A DNA stretch of 62,807 nt, counting the filler, from Octopus bimaculoides (Eukaryota): the NCBI RefSeq assembly GCF_001194135.2. It is 4 parts of 3 records of this genome, joined end to end, with 100 filler letters (N's around TTAATTAATTAA, not from the genome) between each part and the next. Parts side by side here need not be neighbours in the genome. Positions count along the whole stretch, not along the records: positions 20,335 to 50,326 come from NC_068982.1; 3 more parts are not named here. One strand, given 5' to 3'. Below, in pieces: positions 35,146 through 46,609 of the stretch. Each line of letters starts with the position of its first letter. Position 1 is the stretch's first letter. The notes beneath the pieces were generated by a model. The model was not told the origin of the DNA. It did no database searches and was given only the letters and a program-made list of their open reading frames with translations. The position numbers and the translations under genes were made by a program.

Positions 35146-36110
35146 TACAAGGATAAGTCAAAAGTTACATACACTCTTGTTCTGTAATTTGTTAAAACAA
35201 ATGCTGGGGTTGAACATTTACATCATTTTTCAACATCGTCTCTTTGCTTTTCAATGCACTTCCAGCAGTCTACAAGTTTACTCATTCCATCAGAGAAAGT
35301 TTTTCTGAAGGTTGCACAACCATTTATGTACTGCTTCCTGCACCAGATCATAAAGAATGTTTGAGTGATCCAAAGAGATGATATGGTCAGAACGGGTGAG
35401 ATCTGGATTATGCAGAGTGCTCCAGGAACTTGAAACCCAATTTTTCAATGGTGTTGGTGGCCTTAGTTGGGCATGTGTTGTGAAAAAATAACACTTGCTT
35501 TGACAATAGACCTTGGCATTTGGTGCTAATTGCTGGTTTCAGTTTGTTGGCCAGCATTTCACTGTAGCCTACACTGGTGACTAGAACCCTTTTCCAGTTA
35601 ATGTTCCCCCAAAATGGTGCACTTTACTTGAATTTCTTTCTTGCTGACAATTCTGAGTTTTCCTCTCCAAATTCTACCTATTGGACCCATGCCTTATCTC
35701 CTGTGACTGTTCTCTCCAAAAAAAGCTTTGCTTTCATCACTGTAGCAGTTGAGTAAGCAGTGACACATCTCCACACAACTGTGCTTATGCACTTCTGTAA
35801 GCTCTTTTGGCACCCATCTCACACAGACTTTATGGAAGCAAAACCATGATTAATTTGCAGAGAACATACCTTCTCTTTGTTGGTCGCTCATTGGTTCACC
35901 AGAACCAACCATCGCTTGATCTTGTTGAATCTTCACATAAGTGGTGAAGGTTGATGGGCATCCTGCTCCCTCTTTGTGCTTCATGTTTTCCAGCTATTTT
36001 TAAACTTCTCGATCCACTAGTACACACTTCTACATGGTGGAGTGCTGCCCCTGTATTATACTGAAAGTCTGCAATGAATTTCAACCTCTGACACACATTT
36101 GGACCTACTT
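35146..36110 (-). mobile_element. Near-full-length degenerate mariner between the converging gene ends
   Basis: Minus strand gives EIHCRLSV*YRGSTPPCRSVY*WIEKFKN...YSEMLANKLKPAISTKCQGLLSKQVLFFH...YHLFGSLK...KCIEKQRDDVEK*. One TIR-like end TA-CAAGGATAAGTCAAAAGTTAC at 35146. The other end was not found. Confidence 0.85.
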
Positions 36111-36294
36111 AGTACTTTTTCATAAATCAATATTTTCTGAAGATTTTAGATATCAATTCATAAGAGTCCAGTAATTGTAAAGAATATCTCATGCACATTT
36201 ATACTGATACATATATATGTAAACTAAACAAAACTACACTAGAAATTATTGAAAAGAGAACATTGCTCAAAACATTTATGAAATTACATATTCA

Positions 36295-36328
36295 TTTATT
36301 TTTATATCAAAGAAATCATGAATTTATT
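36295..36328 (-). terminator. Candidate CNTLN polyadenylation signals (AATAAA on - at 36323-36328 and 36295-36300)
   Basis: tttatt hexamers on + lie about 70-100 nt downstream of the CNTLN stop. AT-rich context makes chance hits common. Confidence 0.45.
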
Positions 36329-36396
36329 GATCAAAAAAGAATTGATCATCATTTATATATAAATAAATATATTTAAAAAATAAAATTGCCTGTATT

Positions 36397-36564
36397 TTAA
36401 TATTTTGTTGAATACAAGCTATATAATAAACTATCTTTTTCTTCTAGCTTCTCCACAAAAAGATCCAATAGAGGAAGAACAAAATCATCACGTGACTTGA
36501 TGGTCTCTTCACACAGTGACGCCCATCTTTGGTCCTTGGCATATTGACCATCAGTTACATTTTG
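36397..36564 (-). CDS. CNTLN: Centlein terminal coding exon: QNVTDGQYAKDQRWASLCEETIKSRDDFVLPLLDLFVEKLEEKDSFIYSLYSTKY*
   Basis: Minus-strand acceptor ttttgatttgtttcAG, 168 nt ending in TAA, phase 0 matching the upstream exon. Resembles recalled human CNTLN end DKEWMLYIQKLLEGQLPFASYLLEAVLEKINEK. This exon is missing from the ORF track. Confidence 0.85.
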   Translation of the reverse strand, partial: QNVTDGQYAKDQRWASLCEETIKSRDDFVLPLLDLFVEKLEEKDSLLYSLYSTKY

Positions 36565-38638
36565 CTGAAACAAATCAAAATGAAATAAGAAATCTTTGGA
36601 ATTGTCACAGTAAAATTTTGTCTGTCAATGACCTTTTGAAATATATAAAGAATTTCAAATGTCAGATATGTGTTGCTAATAAAAATTATAATTTAGCAGA
36701 CTATTAGCTTCATCTTTAAGAAAGGGTAGATTGGCAAAACGGTTGTTATCATCACTGTCATCTAAAGTCCATTTTCCATGCTGGTATGGGATGGACAATT
36801 TGACACTGGTGACGGTGCCTTGTGAAAAGCACAGGTGAAGGTGCCACATAAAACACACAGGATCCACACCAGGTTCCATAGAATGCTTTAACATGGTTTC
36901 TACAGCTGGATGTCTTTCCTAATGCCAACCACTTTACATAGAGTACTGGGTGTGTTTTGCAAGGCACCAGTACTTTTTACATGGCACCAACACCAATGCT
37001 TTTTATGTGGCACCTTGGTTTTAAAGTGTGGGGGGGAAAAAAAGCTTTGCAGTATTTGCTCTAGATCTTTACATTCTGAGTCCAAATTCTGCTGTGGTTA
37101 GCTTTGCTTTTCATCTCTCTCTGAGGCTGATAAAATGAAATGTCACTAAAGTACTGTGATTGATTAAGCAACTAATTCCCTTCTCTTCAAAATGGACTTG
37201 GGCTTAAATCAGAAATCACTTATGAAAGAAACATCCTATGAATTTGTAGAAGGAGTTCTTATAAAGAAGACAATCAATGTTTCCAAAATGGTCAGAAAAG
37301 AGGCATGTACATGTTCCTTCCCTCTCTACTTCTCTTTTTTCTTTGTGTCACACCTACTGGCATTAACAATCATGGATGTCCACCTCTCCTGTCCTGTTTG
37401 CAACTGAGCAAACTATTGGCTTGTGTATTCTCTAGCTGGTGGCTAAGTCTCTCAAGTTATATTTCGGGATGGTCATTTGTTTTTGCCAAATAAACACATG
37501 CACTATATATTCGTTCTTCACTTGTTTATTACTGTTCTTGTTTTATCTTGTCCATTGTCTGGAAATATTTCACCACACATCTTTGACCTCTTCAGTGACC
37601 CTTTCCATCCATGTGTATCCTCCTGCTCTGTTTAGTCCATAATAAACGAGTGAAGAACAAATATATGGTGCATGTGTTTATTTGGGAAAAAAAAATAAAA
37701 AAGACCATCCCGGAATATATCTTTTCTCTTGGCACAAGGCCTGAAATATTTGGGGAGGGGGCCAGTCAATGCAACTGGTACTTAATTTATCGACCACGAA
37801 AGGATGAAAGGCAAAGTCACCTTCGGCGGAATTTGAACTCAGAATGTAACGACAGATGAAATACCGCTAAGCATTTTGCCCGACATGCTAACATTTCTGC
37901 CAGCTCGCCGCCTTCGAAACATAACAATATCTATTTCAACACACAGTTTCAATTTAGGAACCTTGCAACACAAATTTATAAACGTTTCTTAGGTTTATTT
38001 TCTCTATATCATGCCCTTTTTTTTTTACCTTCTTTCAGTCTTCCAGTGAACATAAGATTTTTAGCTTTATGGAGGCTTCTAACCATGAAATGAAATGGAA
38101 CTCTGCAGCACTGATAAGCTTTTGCTTATCTTTTGTCATATCTTTTAACTTTTATTCGTTTCAGTTATTAGACTGTGGTCATGTGGGGCACCTTGTTAAA
38201 GAAGTATTATTTGAATGGACCAACCCCTATACTTGTTTTTTTATTTTGTTTTAAGCCTAGTACTTATTCTACCAGTCACTTTCGCTGAACCACTATGTTA
38301 CAAGGATGTAAACATACCAACACTGGTTGTTAAACATTGGTGAGGGACAAACACACACAGGCACATAGATACACACACACATATATAAGAAAATGAGATG
38401 ACAAAGGAGTAAATGATTGTCTTATAGCTTTAGGTGTCAAAATCTTATGGCAAAGTCTTTTGTTAATTTATGTTACTAACAACAGTTTAATAACGACAAA
38501 ATTAATTATTTTAGTAAATAATGCAAAATTCTTAATTATTTTCAAATGATTAAAAGTCACAGGAAATTTATTTTAATAGGAAAAAGAGCAATGAATGAGT
38601 TAATAACACACAACATAATAAGGGAAAAAATAACTTAC

Positions 38639-38836
38639 CAATTTGGCAGTTAAATCATCTCCTTTCATAATATCATTCAATTCTAAATCATTTATGTTCA
38701 AAATATTCTTGGCTAGATCCTTAGCCTTCTGCATGCTTGTGTACGAAGGTAACTGTTGCTGTATTTTGTCCATCTGTGACTTGTTTAATGTTTCTCGCAC
38801 TTGGTAAATACGATGTACGAGTTCATGGCTCAATAT
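38639..38836 (-). CDS. CNTLN: Centlein exon: ILSHELVHRIYQVRETLNKSQMDKIQQQLPSYTSMQKAKDLAKNILNINDLELNDIMKGDDLTAKL
   Basis: Acceptor ataatacAG, donor GTaagt, 198 nt, phase 0/0. SMQKAKDLAKNILNINDLELNDIM matches recalled CNTLN STHKAQTLAASILNISRSDLEEIL. Confidence 0.9.
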
Positions 38837-39031
38837 CTGTATTATAATTCCACCATGACACACAAAAGAAACCAAACAAAAGACATTATATACACATATA
38901 AATATATACATATGTGCATGTACATACACACATATATGTAGTTGAAATTTATAGAAAAACAAAAGATGAAGACAGGTGTATGAACAACAACCAAGTGTAT
39001 TAATTTGACACTTGGGGAAAAATGAAAACGT

Positions 39032-39067
39032 CTTTTATGTTTTGAGCCTACACTCTTCAACAGAAAG
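39032..39067 (-). ncRNA. Degenerate hammerhead-like motif, family HH-C copy 2
   Basis: Minus strand reads CTTT-CTGTTGA-A-GAGT(GTAG)GCTC-AAAAC-ATA-AAAG. The core defects are explainable as CpG decay. Confidence 0.35.
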
Positions 39068-39699
39068 GAAAAAAACAGAGAGAGAATGAAAAAAATGTGT
39101 AGAGTTCAACAGTCCCTTGCTATGTACCTCCTCTATAGCAAGACACCTGTTTCTGCCTCTCTGTCACCTTTCATCATCTGACGCAAGATCACCTCTCTTC
39201 TGAAAATTCCTTGTCTTGCAAGTTACTTGGTGACCCCCACCAGTGCTGGTGCTACATAAAAAGCATTCAGTCCTCACTGTAAAGTCGTTGGCATTTGGAA
39301 GGGCATCCAGCTGTAAAAACCAGCCTTGCCTGTGCTGGTGCCACATAAAAAGCACTCAGTCCACTCTGTGGAGTGGAGTGGTTGGTGTTAGGAAGGACAT
39401 CCAACTGTAAAAACCTGCCAAAACAGACACAGCAGCCTGGTGCAGTCATCTGACCAGCTCCTGTCAAACCGTTCAACCTATGCCTGCATGGAAGGCAGAT
39501 GTTAAATGATGATGATGATGATGATAGTTGAATAAAATTTAGGTAAAAAACACCTTGTAGTAAGCTATACTAAGCTCATACATAGTTATTGGCTACCAGG
39601 AAAACACATTTTGCATCTTTGATAGACGATAGTGACTATACACTGTGTTAATTATATAATTTCACCAATGAACTATGGGTATAATGACACGTGGAAACA

Positions 39700-39880
39700 A
39701 TTATAGTGACAAGACAGATTCTTCAAGCTGAGCTAACTGGCAAAAGACTTAGGGGTAGATCAGAAATGAAATGGTTGGATAACATCCATAGTTTGAGTCG
39801 ATCCTGCTTAAGAATTCAACTGAAGAGTGTAATGATAGTTGTTTGTGACAGGGCCCTATGGTGGTTTGAGAGGATAGACG
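39700..39880 (+). mobile_element. Fragment of a second RTE-like LINE C-terminus
   Basis: QILQAELTGKRLRGRSEMKWLDNI resembles RTE IL.G...GKR.RGRP...W.D.I. Confidence 0.5.
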
Positions 39881-40611
39881 GATGAATGGGTTTGAACTTT
39901 GACCTTTGAAATCACATATTCAACATGTATTCAATTCAGTGATCTGTTTAGGTCATGTGACTGCATTAATAGGGACTTCAGCATTTTGAACCCTCCGGTC
40001 AACAGTNNNNNNNNNNAATAGGGACTTCAGCATTTTGAACCCTCCGGTCAACAGTATTTGGAGAGTGGTTGACTGGTGCAGATGAGTCTACTTTAAACTA
40101 ACAAATCAATATAGTGGATGAAACATGGCCAAGTAAATTAAGAAATTTACTTCATAACAATGTGGTCCAGGGTTCAATCTTACTGCAAGCTATCTAGAGC
40201 AAATATATTTGATCATAGCTTCAGATTGACTCAAGTCTTGGGATGAAATTGGGAAGATGGAAATTGTAAGACTACTGGATGGAGTATGTCTATAATTGAA
40301 AGGTCTGACTTTGTTGTACATTGTGTTATACCGATTCTACCTAAGGATTACATTAAGAGTACATAAGCACATGGAATACTCAGCCCTCACTCAGTACACT
40401 ACTCCAATATACAGGTGGTTCAGTTGATTGAACAACTGAATTTTCATCATTGAAAAAGACAATATGTAAGTTTTCCCAACATATGGATTCTCTGCTGATG
40501 GCAAACAGGCTTCAGCTGTGTCTTGGCTAGATGTATATCTAAAATGAAGTTGTCATCAATAAGAAATATCAGTTACTATATTACATCTGCGATCATTAAT
40601 ATATTTCCTAC

Positions 40612-40797
40612 CTTGACAAACTTATGGAACTGTTCGATCTTCGAGTGGGCTGCAATTAGTTTGCTCTGTGTGTTGGTAATTGCTGCTTCACTCTGGGCTG
40701 CTATCTCTACAATATGTTTCTGGGCGGATTTTTCCAATTCACTTACAGCAGCTTGCATCTTCTCGTGCTGCTGTAAAGCGTATTCATACTGCCGATT
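40612..40797 (-). CDS. CNTLN: Centlein coiled-coil exon: NRQYEYALQQHEKMQAAVSELEKSAQKHIVEIAAQSEAAITNTQSKLIAAHSKIEQFHKFVK
   Basis: Acceptor ttactttgaacAG, donor GTagga, 186 nt, phase 0/0. Aligns without gaps to recalled CNTLN ...AMAEIETAASKQLQELALQSEQVLEGAQKTLLLANEKVEEFTTFVK. Confidence 0.9.
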
Positions 40798-43071
40798 CTG
40801 TTCAAAGTAACAATTTCACAATGTAATTAAAATCATATGCAATATTATTTTTCATTTTTTTTTGTACATGTTTTAATCACAGGAGGAAGAAGAACACACA
40901 TGGCTCTTTTTCAGAGCTTTGAAGATTGGTGGGAAAATGGACATAAGTTATTTCCAGATCAAGAACCTAGCCTGAATGCTTCTAAAAGGATGGATTTCAA
41001 TAAAATTATCCACAGGTCAGGTGGAGATGTCCCATCAAACAATGATTAAGTCTATCACTTATGTAATATGTTACTTCAAGTTTATAAAGGATGAGAAAAC
41101 AAGATGTTTTGGTATAACATACAGACAAAAACTACCCTCAACTGCCTCCAAAATGAAGCAAGGAAAAAAATACATCCACATAGGTGTAGGCATGGCAGTG
41201 CGGTAAGAAGTTTGCTTTCCAATCACATGGTTCTAGGTTCAGTTCCACTACATGGTACCTTGAGTAACTCTACTGTCATAACCGTTTAGCATTGAGTTTG
41301 CTCTGTCAAATGTAATAGTTATTCATATTGTTTTGAACTAATCATGCATTATGTTGTAGCACTGAGATTTCAATGATGTGATTGTTTATTTTTAAAATGA
41401 GATTTTAGGGTAGGTGTCAGAAGATAGATATGATCAATTTGAACATAAAACAGGTAGATTATTTTGGGCCAGATATGGCCAATTTAAATGCTAAAGGTTT
41501 TAAAAAAGGAAGAACTCATTGGATAATGTAGAATTCAATACATTGCATCAGAAAAAAAAAAAAAACGGAGTGGTTGTTACCAGAATATCTTTATAATAGG
41601 TCTACTGCATTATACCCGACCTGAGATAAAATAGCAACACAACATTTTTGAAATAGGGCCAGCATATTAGTTTCTTTAGGTATTTCTGTGTCATCTGCTT
41701 GACATAGCCACTAAATTACTTTCTGACAAACTTCTTCCTGTCAATAAAAACTAAAACTGCTCATTTTAAGGTGTGAATTTTAAGGGCAGTGTGTCTAACA
41801 ATGAAGATGGCATTACTACAGAAATGTTAATTGAATACTGATTTTCTATTCACATGCTTAGGAAGGGCATCCAGCTGTAGAAACTCTGCCAAATCAGATT
41901 GGGGCCTGGTGTAGCCATCTGGTTTCACCAGTCTTCAGTCAAATCGTCCAACCCATGCTAGCATGGAAAGCGGACGTTAAATGACGATGATGATGATGCT
42001 GAACATCTGATATCTTGCATCTCCAGAATAATAGATTTGTGGATTACATTTAAAGCTATTCATTGATTTATCCCTCAGCATCAACATTGCTTTAGTATTC
42101 ATTTTCTCATACAGGCATGGGTTCAGATGAATTTAAAATAAAGCATAATCCTGTGCTATATTATGTAGAATACTTAACATCTGATGGCACCTCTCCTCTT
42201 TTTCCTGTCAGTTTTCTTCAGTCATAAGCTTAAATGAAGCCTACAATGAAATATTGTTCCTGGCACAATACACTTCAATCTCTAGCCCACAGATGTGCCA
42301 TCACCACATTCAACCTTTTCAAACAACTACAATAGCCTTTGTTCTTTAGATCTAGCTGGTTATTTGGGTACCATCTCCATCTAAACCCACCTAACATACA
42401 TTTGTCTCTCCTCTTCTAATTGCTCAAACCATCTTTGACTATACTCCATATCAATCACTTTCTCAGAGCATCATCTTCGGAATTCCCTTGTCAGCCATGT
42501 TTTTACTTGATAATGATAAATTGTGAAGATCATTATACAAGATATACATTTTACAAAATAATGACCTACTGTGTTAATATCACCAATCTATGAAGACCTA
42601 TGAATGTCATGGAAGCAATAGCTTCCTCTTAACAAAACTATCAAAAAAGAGAAAACAAATTCTGAAGTTGAAACCTCAAAATTCTGCAAATTATATCAGA
42701 AACAGAGAATACTGAGGCAACATTGTAAGTCTCCAGTATTATACAACTACACAAGGCAGTGAGCTGGCAGAATATTTAGCATGCTGGGTAAAATGCTTAG
42801 CAGCATTTGATCTATCTTCATACTCTGAGTTTAAGTTCCGTTGAGGTTGACTTTGCCTTTCATCCTTTCAGGGTCAATAAAATAAGAACTAGTTGATCAC
42901 TGGGGTCAATGTAATTAACTTACTCCCTCTCCTGAAATTGCTGGCATTGTGTCAAAATTTGAAACCAATATCATACAACTACTGCAATCACTATAGATTT
43001 ATATAATAACAGACATAAAATTCTGACACAAAATTTTATTTCTAAAATGACAACCGAATCAGAATTTTTAC

Positions 43072-43167
43072 CTTTTTCTCTAAAATGTGAACCAGGTTTT
43101 TGTGTTTCTTCTCACAGTCTTCTTTCTGTTTGGTCATTTCTAACAGTCTCTGATGAATAACATCATT
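43072..43167 (-). CDS. CNTLN: Centlein exon: NDVIHQRLLEMTKQKEDCEKKHKNLVHILEKK
   Basis: Acceptor ttgtttttcaactAG, donor GTaaaa, 96 nt, phase 0/0. Matches recalled CNTLN IDSLKQRLNVAVKEKSQYEQMYQKSKEELEKK. This exon is missing from the ORF track. Confidence 0.85.
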
Positions 43168-45378
43168 CTAGTTGAAAAACAATAAAAGATTGTGATTGAA
43201 CAGATTTGTGATTAACAACACTGAATAAACAGAATTATGATTAACAATAGAGACTGAACAGACAAATGATAAAAATAATGCAGACTGAGCAGGCTTGTGA
43301 TCAAACAAGCTATAACCATTTAGTTCTTTTAACTAAGATTACAATTTCCAATGTCCTTCCGTTTTTATCATAGCAGATTGTGATTCCAAGAGTATTTTTC
43401 TATTTCAAGCTCAACAAGCAATCATCTAGCTAAGAGGAGGAGAAGGAGGGTCGTCGTCGTCGTCGTCATCATCATCATCAAATGCCCATTTTCTATGCTG
43501 GCATGGGTTGCATGGTTTGACGAGCTGGCAAACCAGAAGACTGCACCAGGCTTCACTGCGTTTTTACAGCTGAATGTCCTTCTTAATGCTGACCACCTTA
43601 TAGAGTGAACGGGCCACTAGCACGGAAGCCAGACAGCTGCTCTGGCAATGAACACGCTTGACAGTGCTGTTAATGCTCCACTGGCGCTATGACCAGTCAT
43701 CGAGTATGGTTCAATTACGATTTCACTTGCCCCAACAGGTCTTCGCAAGCAGAGTTTAGTGTCCAATGAAGGAGAGGTTGGCATGGGTGCCAGCCGTCGG
43801 ATTTGGTTCGGTTTTGATTTCAAATTTCAAATTCCAAAATTCACTTGCCTCAACAGGTCTTCGCAAGCGGGGTTTTTAGTGTGCAATGAAGTAAAGATAC
43901 GAATTAGTGAGCTGGCTATACTTCTGGCAGAGGTCACAGATTATGCTCTCACTGACCTTGCTGATGAAGGAAACAGCAAATAGATTTAGCACTTTATTCA
44001 GTACAATGATAGTTTCGACCAATCCAGCAACAGTCCATTATGGGCAAGATATTGTGCATCTAATTGTTTTGTGTCGCATCAGGTACATAAAGGGGATATG
44101 TGAATATATATATATATATATATATTATGTGACTTCATGCTTGTGTTTGCCACCCCCTTCCCCTGCTTGATAACCAGTGCTCATTTCTTTACAGGCCTGT
44201 GACTTAGCGGTTCAGCAAATAACACCAACAAAGCAGGTACTCCATTTAAAAAAATAAGTAGTGGGGTAGATTTGTTTGACTAAACTTGTCAAGGTGGTGT
44301 CCCAGCATGGCTGCAGTCCAATGACTGAAACAAGTAAAAGGAAAAGAAGACTAAACTCGTTAGCACCAAATAGTTTTTCCACTTACTCTGTCATGTTTCA
44401 CACAAACATTACAGCAATTCCAGTTCCTTTTTATTTCAAAGACATATCTTCTTTTATCATAGACTAATTTAAAAGCTGCACTCTGTGCAGACAGAATTTT
44501 AAGCTAGTTCTTGTGGGGGGCTAATTGGGCCTACAGCCCAAAACTAAAGAGTGCTATAATGACTATATACTCTGGTGGTGTTTTATCGGAGGTTAAGGAT
44601 GGATGAGAATTAATTCAGTAATGCAATAACTCAATTGCTACAGTCTCAAGTTGAATTCCGACTGTTGGCCAATTTGTCCCAAAGTTCTTATCACAACGTA
44701 AAATTAATGAAGCAAATGTCATTTATCTCCCCTTTGATCTCTGACGTCATCTGACAAATGCCAACCAAGATGGTGTGAATCAGCCAAGCTTTGCCTGCAG
44801 GAAATAGCAACTCAAATGCTTTTAAATCAAATCTCAATGTTGGATGTTCAAGAACCAAATGAAGGGCAGATTTTCAAATCTCAGGATCATCCAGACTCCC
44901 AAAAAAGGTATAATATGTTTATGTAGAGCAAATGTAGACTGAGGTACAGGAGTCCCAGACAGAATTTCACTTTTATTATGAGTGCTATAAAGAGTTGGGG
45001 AAACCAACAGAAAAGTAAATCTGTGACACAGGTTCAATTCTTTGTCAAACTATTTCAATTCACTTACTATCAGATCTGCAGTATTTGACCACAGTCAACT
45101 GTTTGGAAAAGAGATGAGCTTTGCTGGGCAGACTTGCCTTTAATACATTATAAGAGACTGATTCTCATACAAGCACATGTAGTCTAAAATAAGGCAAAAA
45201 CACATTAAATAATACAGCCCTACATACTCTTGAGATAGACAGGAGAGTTATGACAGGATTGCCTTTCATCATAGGTCTGCTTGATCATAACTGAAAACCT
45301 GGGGCTAAACAATAACAATATTTACAACAAAGATCTGCAAGGAAAAGATACTGAGGGCCAAAATTAAAAATACCAAAC

Positions 45379-45438
45379 CTTTAGTTTTTGTTGTTCAAAA
45401 ATGTTATTTCCTTGTTTTAAACTTGTTTCTAAAACATT
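45379..45438 (-). CDS. CNTLN: Probable centlein small exon: NVLETSLKQGNNIFEQQKLK
   Basis: Very strong polypyrimidine acceptor (ttctttttatttttttttccAG), donor GTttgg, 60 nt, phase 0/0, coiled-coil-like composition. Homology is weak. Confidence 0.6.
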
Positions 45439-46011
45439 CTGGAAAAAAAATAAAAAGAACATCATATTAGTGAAGATAACAATAAACCTTTCTATTTAAG
45501 GCTCAAGGCCTGTAATATTTGGAGGAGGTAGTTGATTATATCAACTCCAGTACTAGACTGGCACCTTATTTTATCAACCCCAAAAGAATGAAAGGTAAAG
45601 TTAATCTCAGCACCATTTGAACTCAGAATATAAAGACAGATGAAATGAACGCCGTTAAGCATTTTGTTTGGGGTACTAACAATACTGCTGGCTCACCACC
45701 TTAGTGAAGATTACAATAATAAACCTGGCATTACGTTGGTTACAATGACAAGGGTTCCAGTTGATCTGAACAATGGAACAGCCTGCTCATGAAATTAACA
45801 TGCAAGTGGCTGAGTACTCCACAGATATGCATACCCTTAACATAGTTCTCAGCTTGATACAGAATGTTAGCCCTTTAAATACAGGTGCAACTCATTTTTG
45901 CCAGCTGAGTGGACAATAATAAAAGACAAAAGCTAAAAGAAATAGAAATCACAAGAGAAAATAAAGAGCGCTTTTATTTCAGAGAAAGTGTTACAATCCT
46001 CCAGATGGCTA

Positions 46012-46049
<38 letters not shown>

Positions 46050-46404
46050 AATTCTGTTTGATCCCACAGGTCATAATGGACCCTGACTGAAAACTCCTAG
46101 TCTAAGCCATCTCCACCCTTCGTCACTAACTTCAGACAACCAAACTATAAAATCAGTATTACTTTTACTTAACAATTGAAGTGAAGAGGCCTTGAAATGA
46201 GCTTATGGATGTAAACTTTTCTCCTCAAACTAAAAAAAGTGTCATCATAAGAAAAAAGACATAAGAAATATTGCTTCTTTTTAGTTAGAAGAGAAGAGAC
46301 CATTTTCAAAGCTTCATTAATTCAATTTCCTCTTATGTTGACCCCAAGGGTCATATGAATCCCAATTGAGAACCACTGGTCTAAGCCTTCCCTTATTCCC
46401 TAAC

Positions 46405-46609
46405 TTAACACTTTAACATTCAAATTACTCAGTCAAATGTGATGTAATGTAATTCACATTGTTTTGAATTAATCATGTATTATCTCAAAGCTTTGAAATT
46501 TTGATGATGTGATTCTTTATTTTTAGAACAACATTGTAGGGTTGGTGTGAGAGATTGGATTTGAAATATTTAGGGCCTGATATGGCCAGATTAAATGCTA
46601 AAGAGTTAA
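46405..46609. mobile_element. piggyBac-type MITE with TTAA TSD (other copies 41278-41503 and split copy 31071-31846)
   Basis: TTAA-cactttaacatt ... aatgctaaagag-TTAA. The consensus TIR CCCTTTAGCATT fits the piggyBac TTAA/CCC signature. Confidence 0.8.

Noticed and set aside
44385-44470. Candidate CNTLN exon with a GTAAGT donor
   Set aside because: The only open frame (YDKRRYVFEIKRNWNCC...) is not coiled-coil-like and its phase does not fit the chain.
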